Below are positions 29,833-41,870 of a stretch of DNA of 64,000 nucleotides, in pieces. Source of the DNA: Candidatus Binatia bacterium (GTDB lineage: Bacteria; Desulfobacterota; Binatia; Bin18); assembly GCA_963664395.2 (NCBI GenBank), contig OY761159.2, positions 3,168,001-3,232,000 of the forward strand. The letters run 5' to 3'. The notes under the pieces are model-generated. The model was not told the DNA's origin. It saw nothing but the letters and a program-made list of their open reading frames with translations, and did not search any database. Each line of letters starts with the position of its first letter. The first letter of the stretch is position 1. The position numbers and the translations under genes are program-made.

Positions 29833-30975
29833 TCAATAGTCCCGCAGCCGCGCCCAGCGGTCCCGATGCCAGGCGGCATCGCCAAAGGTCATCTCCGCGG
29901 CACGGGCGCGTTTCATATACAGGCCGGCATCGTGCTCGTCGGTCATGCCGGTGCCGCCGTGCATTTGGACCCCTTCGTTGGTCGCCAAGACAAAGGCGTT
30001 GGAGCAACGGGCTTTGGCCAGGGAGACCAGCAGGGCCAGATCACTCTCGCCGGCATCCGCGGCGTTTGCCGCGGCCATGACGACCGAGCGACACAGTTCA
30101 ATCTCCATAAAAACGTTTGCCGCTCGATGCTTGAGGGCCTGAAATGAGCCGATGACCACCCCGAATTGTTCACGCGTCTTGAGGTAGTCGAGCGTATCCT
30201 CGAAAATCTGACTCATCCCGCCCAGCATCTCGGCACATAGGCCGATCGTGGCGAGATCAACAATATACGAGAGCGTCTGAAAGCCTTGGCCGACTGTCCC
30301 GACAATGGACTCGGCACCACCTTTCACCCCATCAAGATTGACCAGCGCCGCGGCCCGACCGTCAACCCGGGTCTGGGGAATGAGCGCCACGCCGGGCGTG
30401 TCCGGTGCAATCAGAAAAAGGGTGATACCGTCCTGGTCGTTGTCTTCGCCGCTGGTGCGGGCCGAGACAATCAGCGCGTCCGCGTTCTGTCCGTCCAGGA
30501 CCTGAATTTTTTCGCCCGACAGTCTCCAGGCGTCTCCCTCGGCTGTCGCCCGCGTGGCAACGCGGTTCAGGGCGTAGCGGCTACGTGCCTCTTGATAGGC
30601 CAGCGCAAGAATCTTTTCGCCTGTTGCGATACCTGAGAGCCAGGCCTGTTTTTGCTCAGGGCTGCCGGCGTCCGCAAGCAATTGACCGCCGAGCAGGACG
30701 GTTGAAAGAAAAGGCTCCGGAGCAAGGTTGCGTCCCACGGCTTCCAGCACAACCGCGAGGTCGGCCAGCCCCAGGCCAGCGCCGCCATATTCCTCGGGAA
30801 TCAGAATGCCGGCCCAGCCGAGTTGGGCCATCTCTTGCCACAAGTCAGGCGAAAACCCCACACTGTCTTGCCCGTCACGCAGCGCGCGAAGCCGGCTGAG
30901 CGGAGAGTTCGTGCGGACGAAATCACGCGCAGTCTGCGCCAAAAGTTCCTGATCTTCGGTCAGCACAAGTGCCAC
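29833..30975 (-). CDS. Acyl-CoA dehydrogenase (heteromeric partner subunit)
   Basis: PEEYGG, REQFG..IGSFQALKH, QMHGG.G.T.E. Confidence 0.92.
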   Translation of the reverse strand: MALVLTEDQELLAQTARDFVRTNSPLSRLRALRDGQDSVGFSPDLWQEMAQLGWAGILIPEEYGGAGLGLADLAVVLEAVGRNLAPEPFLSTVLLGGQLLADAGSPEQKQAWLSGIATGEKILALAYQEARSRYALNRVATRATAEGDAWRLSGEKIQVLDGQNADALIVSARTSGEDNDQDGITLFLIAPDTPGVALIPQTRVDGRAAALVNLDGVKGGAESIVGTVGQGFQTLSYIVDLATIGLCAEMLGGMSQIFEDTLDYLKTREQFGVVIGSFQALKHRAANVFMEIELCRSVVMAAANAADAGESDLALLVSLAKARCSNAFVLATNEGVQMHGGTGMTDEHDAGLYMKRARAAEMTFGDAAWHRDRWARLRDY

Positions 30976-30986
30976 AATTGAGCTCC

Positions 30987-32177
30987 TTAATCGGGTAAAC
31001 CCAGCACGCGTTTGGCGATGATATTGAGTTGGATCTCGCTCGTTCCGCCCTCAATGGTATTGCCTCGGGAACGCAGCCAGTCGCGGGTGAGGGTGAGCTC
31101 AACGTCTTCGAAACCAGGTCCTTCCCAGCCCAGGGCGTGCGGACCGGCAATCGACACCAACAACTCAAGACGACGTTGGTTGAGCTCAGTCCCGTAGACC
31201 TTGAACATGGAGCTTTCCGGCCCTGGGGGCCGACCGGCCTTGGCCGCATCGCGGGCACGTTCCGTAGTGAGTCGGAAGGCGCGACTGTCCATTTCATACT
31301 GGGCCATACGATCCCTGATTGTGGAGTCCGCCACCCGCTCGCCGTCCAGTCCAAGATGCTCCTTGGCCCAGTCGCGCATGGTTCGGCCTTTGCCTGCCGT
31401 CGTGCCGAATGCCGAGGCAATCATATTGCGTTCATGATTCAGCAGGGCCTTTGCCACCGTCCAGCCTTTGTTCACTTCAAAGATGACATTCCTGGCAGGG
31501 GCCTGCACATCGGTCAAAAACGTCTCACAAAAAGGTGAGGCTCCGCTAATCAATTTAATGGGTCGGGTTTCAACCCCTGGGGACTCCATGTCTACCAATA
31601 GGAAGGTGATGCCTTCTTGTTTTTTGGCCTCCGGGTCAGTCCGAACGAGCATGAACATCCAGTCGGCCAGATTAGCAAACGAGGTCCATACCTTTTGGCC
31701 ATTAATAATATAGTGGTCGCCCTCAAGGATTGCCCGGGTTTTGAGTGACGCCAGGTCGCTGCCCGAGCCCGGTTCGGAATAACCCTGGCACCAGCGAATC
31801 TCGCCTTTGATGATCCCAGGCAGATGTTCGTGTTTTTGTTCTTCGGTACCATACTGCAAGAGGGTCGGACCAATCATGGTCAGACCGAAACCGATCAACG
31901 GCGCCGGCAAGCGCAGGGCGTTCATCTCTTGCTGCAACACCTTGGCTTCTTCTTTGGACAAACCCCCACCGCCGTACTGGGTTGGCCACTCGGGCGCAGT
32001 CCAGCCGCGCTCGGCCATGACATCCAGCCAGACCTTCATATCAGGATTCGGGTATTTCACCTTCCGTCCACCCCAATTCCCGTCGAGCAGGGTGCTCCCT
32101 ACGCCTCGAATCGAAGCCGGGGCGTTGGCGTCCAACCACTGGTGTGTCTCAGCACGAAACGTTTCGAGAGCGGCCAT
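30987..32177 (-). CDS. Acyl-CoA dehydrogenase
   Basis: WCQGYSEPGSGSDLASL, NGQKVWTS, TIEGGTSEIQ. Confidence 0.94.
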   Translation of the reverse strand: MAALETFRAETHQWLDANAPASIRGVGSTLLDGNWGGRKVKYPNPDMKVWLDVMAERGWTAPEWPTQYGGGGLSKEEAKVLQQEMNALRLPAPLIGFGLTMIGPTLLQYGTEEQKHEHLPGIIKGEIRWCQGYSEPGSGSDLASLKTRAILEGDHYIINGQKVWTSFANLADWMFMLVRTDPEAKKQEGITFLLVDMESPGVETRPIKLISGASPFCETFLTDVQAPARNVIFEVNKGWTVAKALLNHERNMIASAFGTTAGKGRTMRDWAKEHLGLDGERVADSTIRDRMAQYEMDSRAFRLTTERARDAAKAGRPPGPESSMFKVYGTELNQRRLELLVSIAGPHALGWEGPGFEDVELTLTRDWLRSRGNTIEGGTSEIQLNIIAKRVLGLPD

Positions 32178-32195
32178 GATTCCTCCTCAATATAG

Positions 32196-32219
32196 AAGGG
32201 CGACCAAACGGTCGCCCTT
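32196..32219. repeat. Short REP-like/terminator-like hairpin
   Basis: AAGGGCGACC-AAAC-GGTCGCCCTT. Confidence 0.45.
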
Positions 32220-32273
32220 ATTCGAGCAAGATTCCGCGCTTTGGACAAGCGCAGGGTGAATATCTCTGAGTGC

Positions 32274-33398
32274 TTACGCAGCCGCGGCAGCCGGAGCCGG
32301 CATGTTCAGCGGTTCCGGTTCTTGGAGCGGAGTCGTATCCCACTTCTTGAGTTCCGGCAGGACATGCTTGGCAAAGCACTTCATGCTGCCCTCGGCCTCG
32401 TCGTAGGGCATCCCGGCGTAGCTGAAGTTGCCCATAATGGCTTTCATGTCGATCGTGTCGCGGATGAATTCGAGTTTCCGCAGCACCTGGTCAGGCGTTC
32501 CCCACGGCATGAGTTTGACAAAGTCTCTGGCTGCTCCGTCCATGCCATGCTGCTCAATATATTTCCCGACGTTGCTGTAGAACTCATAGCCCTTGTTCTG
32601 ACCGAAATGTTTGGCCGTCATCTGATAGTGGTTCATGGCCGTGTGATAATAGGCCCCGATCCACTTGGTGGCATTCTCTTCGGCCCGCTTGGCATCTTCA
32701 TCCACATAGAAGAACCCGCCACAGAACGGCTGGGGCGGCTGTATTCCAGGATTCGTTTCCTGCCAGACCTTGTGATAAACCTCGAAGTCGCCTTTGACGA
32801 CATCCCACGGCTTTTGCGGAATGACCAGCAGGCCGACGCCGAGCCGGGCCATGATTGGCATGGACTCCGGTGAGACCGCAGCCGCATAGGTACGGCCCTT
32901 AAACGAGTAGGCCGGGTAGGGGCGGATATCGCGGCGGGGCTGCTGCGTCGCCAGACCGCCCTCGATATAGCCGTTCTCCAAGCCATTGATAATGAGTTCG
33001 GCGTATTCAACAAAGCGTTCGCGGCCTTCGTTCTGGTCGATCCGAAACCCGTCATACTCAACCCGGGCCAGACCCCGACCAAAGCCCAGAATCATCCGCC
33101 CGCCCGACACATGGTCAAGCAGCGAGATTTGCTCGGCAACCCGAATCGGGTCGTGCCAGGGAAGCACGATGACCATGGTTCCCAGCTTGGCCGTCTTGGT
33201 TCTGCCCGCCATATAGGACAGGAACTGAACCGCATCAGGACACATGGTGTAATCCGTAAAGTGATGTTCGATAGACCAAATTGAGTCAAACCCGAGGGGT
33301 TCGGCCATCTCCGCGATCCGAAGCTCCTCACGGTAGACTTCGGCATCGGAGCGAGCGTTTCCAGGGTTCTGAAATACCGGGGCGTAACCAACGTGCAT
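32274..33398 (-). CDS. LLM class flavin-dependent oxidoreductase
   Basis: WSIEHHF, WHDPIRVAEQ, GR.ILGFGRG. Confidence 0.9.
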   Translation of the reverse strand: MHVGYAPVFQNPGNARSDAEVYREELRIAEMAEPLGFDSIWSIEHHFTDYTMCPDAVQFLSYMAGRTKTAKLGTMVIVLPWHDPIRVAEQISLLDHVSGGRMILGFGRGLARVEYDGFRIDQNEGRERFVEYAELIINGLENGYIEGGLATQQPRRDIRPYPAYSFKGRTYAAAVSPESMPIMARLGVGLLVIPQKPWDVVKGDFEVYHKVWQETNPGIQPPQPFCGGFFYVDEDAKRAEENATKWIGAYYHTAMNHYQMTAKHFGQNKGYEFYSNVGKYIEQHGMDGAARDFVKLMPWGTPDQVLRKLEFIRDTIDMKAIMGNFSYAGMPYDEAEGSMKCFAKHVLPELKKWDTTPLQEPEPLNMPAPAAAAA

Positions 33399-33514
33399 AA
33401 TTCCTCCTTTGCTATTTTCAATATGAAATTATGAAGTCCATATTATATACAAGCCAGTTCAGCACGCATAGTCCCTTATGGCGGGAGAATTGCCCATCCC
33501 TTGCGTCGCTGTGT

Positions 33515-33551
33515 TCCCTCTCCCTGGAGGGAGAGGGCCAGGGTGAGGGGG
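33515..33551 (+). repeat. REP-like palindrome (family B)
   Basis: TCCCTCTCCC..GGGAGAGGGCCAGGGTGAG; second copy at 48477-48541. Confidence 0.75.
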
Positions 33552-33678
33552 CTAAAGCGTTTCACGATTCAGTATACACATGTCATTGACAGTAGAGCAT
33601 ACCGAGCGTAGAGCTATGGGCACTTTCAAAACTGAAGGAGAAATCAGAAGCCACTTTGCCTTTTTCCATATTGATCCA

Positions 33679-34221
33679 ATGGTCTCCAAGTCTCTTAGGT
33701 TCATACTGGCGTCTTTCTGTTTCCTTGGTCATTTAATGGGGCAAGGAGCTGTGTTAAATGGCACCATAAAGGAAGCACACGCCCACAATATATACTTCAA
33801 TAAAAGATTTAACCTCTTCACTCGATGCCAGCCCATGCATCTCCATGTAGAAGCACAGGACATGGTGGGTGATTCGGCATCTACATATCCATATAAACTT
33901 ATTCCCAGTGAGAAGTGGCAGAAAGCAATTCGTGAACTCGTTGAACGCCGATTGCGGACTGCTAGATTATATCAGGAAACCGCTCAAAACTATTTTTATG
34001 TCTCCGTCCAACTACAGCAGCCCTCTAAAAACTATAAACTCGCTTTCGATTTCAGGAAGATGCTATACGATCCATCAACAGATAGCTGGGACCATGCAAC
34101 TACGTATGGTGCGGATAACATAGATCTTTCCACTGAACATGATTTAATGAGTACGCTTTCTTTTTTTCTGGACAAATTTCTTGAGGATTATGTGGAAGAG
34201 AATAAGGCATTTTGTCGCTAG
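33679..34221 (+). CDS. Hypothetical exported protein, AT-rich (start uncertain)
   Basis: Long ORF with hydrophobic N-terminus and terminal Cys; no recognisable catalytic motif. Confidence 0.6.
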   Translation: MVSKSLRFILASFCFLGHLMGQGAVLNGTIKEAHAHNIYFNKRFNLFTRCQPMHLHVEAQDMVGDSASTYPYKLIPSEKWQKAIRELVERRLRTARLYQETAQNYFYVSVQLQQPSKNYKLAFDFRKMLYDPSTDSWDHATTYGADNIDLSTEHDLMSTLSFFLDKFLEDYVEENKAFCR

Positions 34222-34297
34222 CATACTTGTAGTGATAGAAGTTCCGGCCTTAGTTCCATAATGAAACCAGGGGAAGTCAATACACAGAAAACAACGT

Positions 34298-34840
34298 TTA
34301 GGACTTGGGAATTGGAATAGGTGTAAAATTATAAGGAAGAGAGTGTCTATCTACTTTAATACCCACATTCAGTAAAAACCCACACCAATAGTCTAAAATG
34401 GCATCGGTAAACCGCCACAATTCTAGTTTAGTGCCATCCTCAAGGGTCATGAAGAGATCAGGCCCTACCGTAGGTTCCTCTCTAATCTCTTCGCCATATA
34501 GGACAATATCTATAAATAGATTGTGTCCCTGTTTGACCTCCTTAGTCTCGGCTGGTTTCGTCAGATTAAAATGCTTGGCTGTATTAGCGATGTCATAAGC
34601 AGCGGCAATAAAGGGGTTTCTTTTCCATTTCTCTATGTATAAAGTACGCCGCTTATCTTTTTTATCCCCCATGCCCATACGCACAAAAAAGTAGTCCCGC
34701 ATGGCATTGGCGGTTATACAAAAATTATAGAAATGATCCGCTTTATCAAAGTCTCTTTTTGCATGACAAGCGCGATAAGCTTCACGTTTGAGCTTCTCAA
34801 AAAGATTTTCAATAGAGAGTAAAGTTGGAGCTAAAGACAT
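34298..34840 (-). CDS. Hypothetical protein, possible HEPN-like fold
   Basis: GGAGG RBS before ATG 34840; YNFCITA..M.DY and DIANTAKH motifs. Confidence 0.6.
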   Translation of the reverse strand: MSLAPTLLSIENLFEKLKREAYRACHAKRDFDKADHFYNFCITANAMRDYFFVRMGMGDKKDKRRTLYIEKWKRNPFIAAAYDIANTAKHFNLTKPAETKEVKQGHNLFIDIVLYGEEIREEPTVGPDLFMTLEDGTKLELWRFTDAILDYWCGFLLNVGIKVDRHSLPYNFTPIPIPKS

Positions 34841-34987
34841 AACCTCCATTCCTTTTCTTGATCTCATTCCCCATGCCGCCACCCGCCGCTTCATCCACCC
34901 TTTATCCGTCAGCGCCACCAGCGTTTCTTCCTACGTGCGAGTCTCTTTGGCTACATTATAGCTTTCACACAGCAGTTACAGACACAT

Positions 34988-35966
<979 letters not shown>

Positions 35967-36102
35967 AGGCTCCTCCTCCGTCACATCCGGCCCATATATC
36001 ACACATCTGTCCGGTTTGACTCACTCGGCGGTATTTCCTAAGGTATCCCGGCTATTTCGTATAAAAGAAACATTGTGCTACTCGAAGGAAGGAGAGGCAG
36101 AC

Positions 36103-37311
36103 ATGGATTTTGATTATTCCCCGAAAGTGCAGGACCTGAGAAAAAAGGTCTCTCAATTTATGGACGAGCACGTCCATCCGAATGAACAGACGTTTGAGGA
36201 CCAACTGAACTCCGGCCCGGACCGCTGGCAGATCCCGCCGATTATCGAAGAGATCAAAGAGAGGGCCAAGAGTGCCGGGCTCTGGAACCTGTTTCTGCCG
36301 GAGAGCGAGTACGGCTATGGCCTGACCAACCTCGAATATGCCCCCTTGTCGGAAATCATGGGACGGGTGCACTGGGGCTCGGAAGTCTTTAATTGCTCGG
36401 CGCCGGACACCGGTAATATGGAAGTGATCTCTCGCTATTGTACGCCCGAGCAGCAACAGGAATGGCTGGAACCGCTGCTCGAAGGCAAGATTCGTTCCTG
36501 CTTTGCCATGACCGAACCGGCAGTGGCCTCGTCCGATGCCACCAATATCGAATCCCGCATCGTGCGCGATGGAGATGAATACGTCATCAACGGCCGCAAG
36601 TGGTGGTCGTCGGGCATGGGCGACCCACGCTGCAAGATTCTCATCTTCATGGGCAAGACCGACCCTGATAATCCGAACCGCTATCTCCAGCAATCTCAAA
36701 TCCTGATCCCGCGTGACACGCCGGGCGTGAATATCCTGCGGATGCTGACCGTGTTCGGCTACGACGATGCCCCCCACGGTCATGCCGAGGTCGAGTTCAA
36801 AGACGTGCGGGTGCCGGCCGCGAATATGATTCTGGGTGAAGGCCGTGGGTTTGAGATTGCTCAAGGCCGTCTTGGCCCTGGGCGTATTCACCACTGTATG
36901 CGACTGATCGGGCAGGCCGAACGTGCGCTGGAAAAGATGTGCACACGCGCCAAGTCCCGGACGGCATTTGGCAAACTGATCTCCGAACGGACAGTGACGC
37001 TGGAGCGGATTGCCGAAGCTCGGATTCGGATTGAACAAGCCCGGCTGCTGACGCTCAAGGCCGCGCATATGATGGACACCGTCGGCAACAAAGCTGCCCG
37101 CGCCGAAATTGCCATGATTAAAGTGGCGGCGCCGAATATGGCGCTGCAAGTGATAGACTGGGCCATGCAGGCCCACGGCGGAGGTGGGGTGGCCGAAGAC
37201 TTCGGGCTGGCGCGCGCCTATGCCTCAGCGCGGACGCTGCGCTTCGCCGATGGACCGGACGAAGTCCACCGCAATCAGATTGGCCGCCTGGAACTGCGCA
37301 AATACGATTAA
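36103..37311 (+). CDS. Acyl-CoA dehydrogenase (ACAD10/11-like)
   Basis: [44 protein letters not shown]. Confidence 0.95.
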   Translation: MDFDYSPKVQDLRKKVSQFMDEHVHPNEQTFEDQLNSGPDRWQIPPIIEEIKERAKSAGLWNLFLPESEYGYGLTNLEYAPLSEIMGRVHWGSEVFNCSAPDTGNMEVISRYCTPEQQQEWLEPLLEGKIRSCFAMTEPAVASSDATNIESRIVRDGDEYVINGRKWWSSGMGDPRCKILIFMGKTDPDNPNRYLQQSQILIPRDTPGVNILRMLTVFGYDDAPHGHAEVEFKDVRVPAANMILGEGRGFEIAQGRLGPGRIHHCMRLIGQAERALEKMCTRAKSRTAFGKLISERTVTLERIAEARIRIEQARLLTLKAAHMMDTVGNKAARAEIAMIKVAAPNMALQVIDWAMQAHGGGGVAEDFGLARAYASARTLRFADGPDEVHRNQIGRLELRKYD

Positions 37312-37315
37312 ACCT

Positions 37316-38371
37316 ATGAAATTCGGCCTCCATTTCCAACTGCCGTGTACGGCTACACAGTCGCCTGTTCAGCGCTACCGAGACACGCTCGATCAGGCGA
37401 TTCACGCCGAAACGCTGGGGTTTGAATCCGTGTGGCCGGTTGAGCAGCACTTTAACCCCGAGCTTTCAATTCTTCCGTCCCCGTTGCTGCTCCTGTCGGC
37501 CCTTGCCGAGCGGACCCGGACACTCCGACTCGGTATCGCCATTATCCTCTTACCCCTCTCTCATCCGATTCGCGTGGCCGAAGAGGTTGCGACCTTAGAC
37601 GTGCTGAGTAACGGCCGAGTGGAGTTTGGTATTGGGCGGGGCTCTCTGCCGAATCATTTTAGCGGGTTCGGGGTGGACCAGGCCGAAAGCCGGGAGCGGA
37701 TGCTTGAAGCGCTGGCCATGATTCGCCAGGCCTGGACCCAGGACCGGTTTTCATTCCAGGGCCAATTTTTCCAGGTTGAGAATATCTCGGTCGTCCCTCA
37801 ACCGGTCCAGCAGCCCCATCCCCCCATTCGGGTGGCTGCCAATAGTGCCGAGACGTTCGAGTTGATGGGTCGGTTGGGCTATCCCATCTTTGTTGCCTCG
37901 CAGGTCAACCCGTTTGCCAAAATGCGAGAGTATATCCCCCTCTATCGCGAAGCCCGGGCCGCGGCCGGGCATCCGGACGGTGGTGGTGAGGATATTACCC
38001 TGCTGGGTCCGCTGTACGTCGGCGCGAGCCATGCCCAAATCCGACAGGAGCTGGAACCCAGCATCCGTCGTTTTCTGGAGTCCGTGGCCGCCATTGCCAC
38101 AGCCCAAGGCGCGACCTTGGGCAAACAATCGCAGCGCGTCAAAGAAGTCTTCGATCGGGTGCGGCGTATGACCTATGAGAAGGTGGACGAGGTGATGGCA
38201 ATTTTCGATACGCCGGACGCGTGCGCAGAGCGACTCAAACAGCTTGAAGCGGAATTCGGCATGGGACGGTTCGTGTGTTGGTTCAATCCCGGTGGCATGG
38301 TGCCCCATGCCCAAGTCATGCGCAGCATGGAGTTGTTTGCAGCCAAGGTGATGCCGCATTTTGCGGAATAG
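37316..38371 (+). CDS. LLM class flavin-dependent oxidoreductase
   Basis: VEQHF, HPIRVAEE.ATLD.LS.GR.EFG.GRG. Confidence 0.9.
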   Translation: MKFGLHFQLPCTATQSPVQRYRDTLDQAIHAETLGFESVWPVEQHFNPELSILPSPLLLLSALAERTRTLRLGIAIILLPLSHPIRVAEEVATLDVLSNGRVEFGIGRGSLPNHFSGFGVDQAESRERMLEALAMIRQAWTQDRFSFQGQFFQVENISVVPQPVQQPHPPIRVAANSAETFELMGRLGYPIFVASQVNPFAKMREYIPLYREARAAAGHPDGGGEDITLLGPLYVGASHAQIRQELEPSIRRFLESVAAIATAQGATLGKQSQRVKEVFDRVRRMTYEKVDEVMAIFDTPDACAERLKQLEAEFGMGRFVCWFNPGGMVPHAQVMRSMELFAAKVMPHFAE

Positions 38372-38397
38372 ATTGACGGCTTGAGAGAGAAGGAAAA

Positions 38398-39117
38398 GTG
38401 GACTATAGACGTGAGTTTCTCAACTTCCTGCTCAAAAAGAACGCGCTCAAAATTGCCCGCGACCCAGACTCCTTCTTTCAATTAAAAAGTGGGCGCGTCA
38501 GCCCGAGCTTTGTTTCGCTCGGCGCACTGACCGATGGCGCAAGCCTCATCACGCTCAAAAAATGCTATAGCCGGGCGGCAATGGAAGGCGTAGAGAAAGG
38601 CGTCCTGCAGGACTTTCAGTATGTTTTTGGTCCGGCCTATAAAGGTATCACCCTGGGGGCGCTGCTGTGCGAAGGACTCCAGGAATACGGCGACAAATCT
38701 ACTTCCCTCCTCTACGACCGCAAAGAAGAGAAAGCCCACGGAGAGGTGACTCAAGGTAGTGCAGTTGGAAAGCTCATTGTCGGGGCTGAGAATTTTGTCC
38801 AAGCGAGCGCGATTCTGCTCGTTGATGATGTGATTACAACCGGCAAGGCAAAATATGAAGCGCTCGAAAAGATACGCTTGCTTGGAGCCCATACCATTGC
38901 CGGGATGGTGGTAGCGGTCGATAGGCAGGAAGTGCTGGGCGATGCGACCGGGCGGCTCAGTGCCATCCAAGCGCTCGAACAAGAGTTCGGTATTCGCACC
39001 TTTGCCATTCTCACCATGCAGGAGATTTTTACGCTGGTGAAAGATTCCTTGTCTGCCGATGTCCGGCAGGCGTGGATTGCGTACTATGAGCGCTACGGAG
39101 CCGTCCAACTCGGGTAG
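38398..39117 (+). CDS. pyrE: Orotate phosphoribosyltransferase
   Basis: LKSGR.SP, FGPAYKGI, RKEEK.HGE, LVDDVITTG, DRQE. Confidence 0.9.
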   Translation: MDYRREFLNFLLKKNALKIARDPDSFFQLKSGRVSPSFVSLGALTDGASLITLKKCYSRAAMEGVEKGVLQDFQYVFGPAYKGITLGALLCEGLQEYGDKSTSLLYDRKEEKAHGEVTQGSAVGKLIVGAENFVQASAILLVDDVITTGKAKYEALEKIRLLGAHTIAGMVVAVDRQEVLGDATGRLSAIQALEQEFGIRTFAILTMQEIFTLVKDSLSADVRQAWIAYYERYGAVQLG

Positions 39118-39154
39118 AGGCACTACGGAGCGTCTCTGGAGAGCCCCCTCTCAT

Positions 39155-39808
39155 TCATACGCTGAACCGCTCCTGCATCCGCTCCCACCACCTGGCTAAG
39201 GACGGAGCAGAATCAAATAAGGGCTCATCGCTCACGCGTGTGATCCATGTGAATGTGCCGAACAGGCTGAAATCGGCATAGGTCAAAACCTCAAACAAAT
39301 ATTCATGGCCTAACGCGACTGCCTCAAGGTCGGCGAGTACGGATTTGAGACGCGGGCGAAAGGCGTCGCGTCTGGCGGCGAGGTCTTCAAGCGTTGCGCC
39401 GAACCGAGCTTCGCGGTTTTCACGAAAGTAGGCGCGGTCTACCGGCTCAATCTTTTCAAAGATGTCGTATATCACGATTGGAGAGAGCGCCGGATGGAAC
39501 GTGTTATCGATATACAGATTAAAGAACCGACAAGCCTCTTTCATACCCGGACCGGGGAAGAGCTTGGCCTGCGGATACTGGTCTTCCAGGTATTCGGCAA
39601 TCTTCCACGAATCAGAGACAACCGTGCCGTTGTCCGTAATGACCGGCACCCGGTCCTGGTTGGAAAAGGTCAGTTTGTCTTTATCGCAGAAGCGAATCGG
39701 TACGGTCGTATAGTCCAAGCCCTTGTAGCGTAACGCGACCTTGGTGCGCGAGCAAAATGGGCTAAAGCGTATATTGTTGGCTCCGGTCAAGTCGTAGACT
39801 TCAATCAT
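39155..39808 (-). CDS. Glutathione S-transferase family protein (LigE/GSTFuA-like)
   Basis: FSPFC, VPVI.D, DSWKIAEYL, YFR..RE.RFG. Confidence 0.85.
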   Translation of the reverse strand: MIEVYDLTGANNIRFSPFCSRTKVALRYKGLDYTTVPIRFCDKDKLTFSNQDRVPVITDNGTVVSDSWKIAEYLEDQYPQAKLFPGPGMKEACRFFNLYIDNTFHPALSPIVIYDIFEKIEPVDRAYFRENREARFGATLEDLAARRDAFRPRLKSVLADLEAVALGHEYLFEVLTYADFSLFGTFTWITRVSDEPLFDSAPSLARWWERMQERFSV

Positions 39809-39955
39809 TGGTTTCTCCTCTCGGGTATGTCCAGCGTCTTTCGTCATTTCCAAAAATGCTGAAGAAGTCAAGGTAAAGGCCCGGTTGGCGGAACTGTTTG
39901 CCTGGGATAGGCTGGCTAAAATGTATGACGAGATCAGGAACAAAGGAGGAGATTC

Positions 39956-41131
39956 ATGCGAGAAGCCGTTGTTGTATCATCAGCCCGGAGCGGAATTGGC
40001 AAAGCCTTTCGGGGCAGCCTGAACAAAACCAGCGGCGCGACCTTGGGCGCGCATGTCATTAAAAGTGCGGTTGAGCGGGCAGGGGTGGACCCTGCGGAAG
40101 TTGAAGATGTGGTGTTTGGCTGCGGGCTGCCGGAAGGTTCAACCGGGCATAATGTTGCGCGGACCTCAGCCGTGAAGGCCGGCCTGCCCGTGACCACCTC
40201 TGGTATGACTATCAACCGCTACTGCTCCTCCGGCCTGCAAGCGATCAGTACGGCAGCCAACCGGATTATCGTCGATGGGGCCGATGTCATGGTGGCCGGT
40301 GGGGTGGAGTCGATCAGCCTGGTACAAAGCAATCTGAATACCAAGAATTTTGTTGACGGCTGGCTCATGGAGAACAAGCCCGAGATCTATTTCCCGATGT
40401 TGAAGACGGCCGAGATTGTCGCCCAGCGCTATCAGGTCTCGCGTGAGTCGCAGGATGAGTATGCCCTGGCCAGCCAGCAACGGACCGCGGCCGGCCAGGC
40501 GGCCGGCAAATTCGACGACGAGATCGTGCCCATCACCACAGTCATGGCTGTGACCAACAAGGAAACGGGCGAGGTCAGCCAGAAAGAGGTCACGCTCTCG
40601 CGCGATGAGGGTAATCGGCCGACTACCAATCTGGAAGGACTCTCCGCTCTCCCGTCTGTGACAGAGGGCTCGATTACTGCCGGCAATTCCAGTCAGTTGT
40701 CCGATGGTGCAGCCGCGGTTGTTTTGATGGAAGCCAAAGAGGCTGAGAAGCGTGGCCTGCAACCCCTGGGTCTCTATAAAGGGCTGGTCGCCGCCGGCTG
40801 TGAGCCGGATGAGATGGGTATTGGTCCGGTCTTCGCCATTCCCAAGCTGCTTGAGCGTCACGGCCTGAAGATGGACGATATTGATCTGTGGGAACTCAAC
40901 GAAGCCTTTGCCGTGCAGACGGTTTATTGCCGCAATCGCCTTGGCATTCCCATGGAGAACTACAATGTGAACGGCGGCGCTATCTCAATTGGCCATCCGT
41001 ACGGCATGACCGGCGCCCGTCAGGTCGGCCATATTTTGCGTGAGGGCAAACGGCGGGGTGCCAAAAATGTGGTGGTGACTATGTGTGTCGGTGGCGGGAT
41101 GGGCGTGGCCGGACTGTTTGAGGTGTTGTAG
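39956..41131 (+). CDS. Acetyl-CoA C-acyltransferase (thiolase)
   Basis: [29 protein letters not shown]. Confidence 0.95.
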   Translation: MREAVVVSSARSGIGKAFRGSLNKTSGATLGAHVIKSAVERAGVDPAEVEDVVFGCGLPEGSTGHNVARTSAVKAGLPVTTSGMTINRYCSSGLQAISTAANRIIVDGADVMVAGGVESISLVQSNLNTKNFVDGWLMENKPEIYFPMLKTAEIVAQRYQVSRESQDEYALASQQRTAAGQAAGKFDDEIVPITTVMAVTNKETGEVSQKEVTLSRDEGNRPTTNLEGLSALPSVTEGSITAGNSSQLSDGAAAVVLMEAKEAEKRGLQPLGLYKGLVAAGCEPDEMGIGPVFAIPKLLERHGLKMDDIDLWELNEAFAVQTVYCRNRLGIPMENYNVNGGAISIGHPYGMTGARQVGHILREGKRRGAKNVVVTMCVGGGMGVAGLFEVL

Positions 41132-41146
41132 AGCGTCGGGCCGATC

Positions 41147-41176
41147 AAAAAAGAGGGGCAGGCACGCCTGCCCCTC
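41147..41176 (-). terminator. Rho-independent terminator of tpx
   Basis: GAGGGGCAGG-CACG-CCTGCCCCTC with an A6 run (U tract on the - strand). Confidence 0.75.
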
Positions 41177-41191
41177 CGAAACATACAGGGT

Positions 41192-41707
41192 CTACGCGGC
41201 AGCGGCCTTGGCTGCATTCAGCGCCGCATCATAATCCGGCTCGTTGGCGATTTCCGATACGTATTCAACGTGCTTGAGCGTGCCGTCTTTTCCGACAACG
41301 AACACCGCGCGGGCGGTTACGCCAGCCAGCGGACCATCTGCGATCAACACGCCGTAGCCTTCGGCAAAGGCGTGGTCACGAAAATCCGACAGCGTTTTTA
41401 CCTGCTCCACGCCGGCCGCGCCGCACCAGCGCTTCTGAGCGAAGGGTAAATCCATACTCAAGGTCCAGATTTCAATCCCTTCGCCGAGCTTGGCGGCTTC
41501 TTCATTAAAGCGTCGTGTTTCCGTGTCACACACCGGCGTGTCAACCGAAGGGACAGAACTCAAAATTACGACTTTGCCCTGTGCCTCGCTGAGTTTGACG
41601 GACTGTAGATCGTTGTTCACTGCGGTGAAATCCGGGGCGGCCTGACCAACCGACACTTCTGATCCACCCAAGGTGAGAGGATTGCCGCGTAACGTAACTG
41701 ATGCCAT
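41192..41707 (-). CDS. tpx: Thiol peroxidase
   Basis: PSVDTPVC, SMDLPFAQKRWC, EPDY. Confidence 0.95.
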   Translation of the reverse strand: MASVTLRGNPLTLGGSEVSVGQAAPDFTAVNNDLQSVKLSEAQGKVVILSSVPSVDTPVCDTETRRFNEEAAKLGEGIEIWTLSMDLPFAQKRWCGAAGVEQVKTLSDFRDHAFAEGYGVLIADGPLAGVTARAVFVVGKDGTLKHVEYVSEIANEPDYDAALNAAKAAAA

Positions 41708-41870
41708 TTCGACCTCCTTGTCCTGCTCCAAAATAAAATTGTTGAATAACGAAAGCGGGCCGCATTCTATCCAGACACAGTTGAATTGCAAAGTGCCTGG
41801 GGATGACGCATGATCGGATCAAAGAGTTCCGGGGTTGGAGACTGTCCCCCTCAGCAAGGAGGTGCGTGCT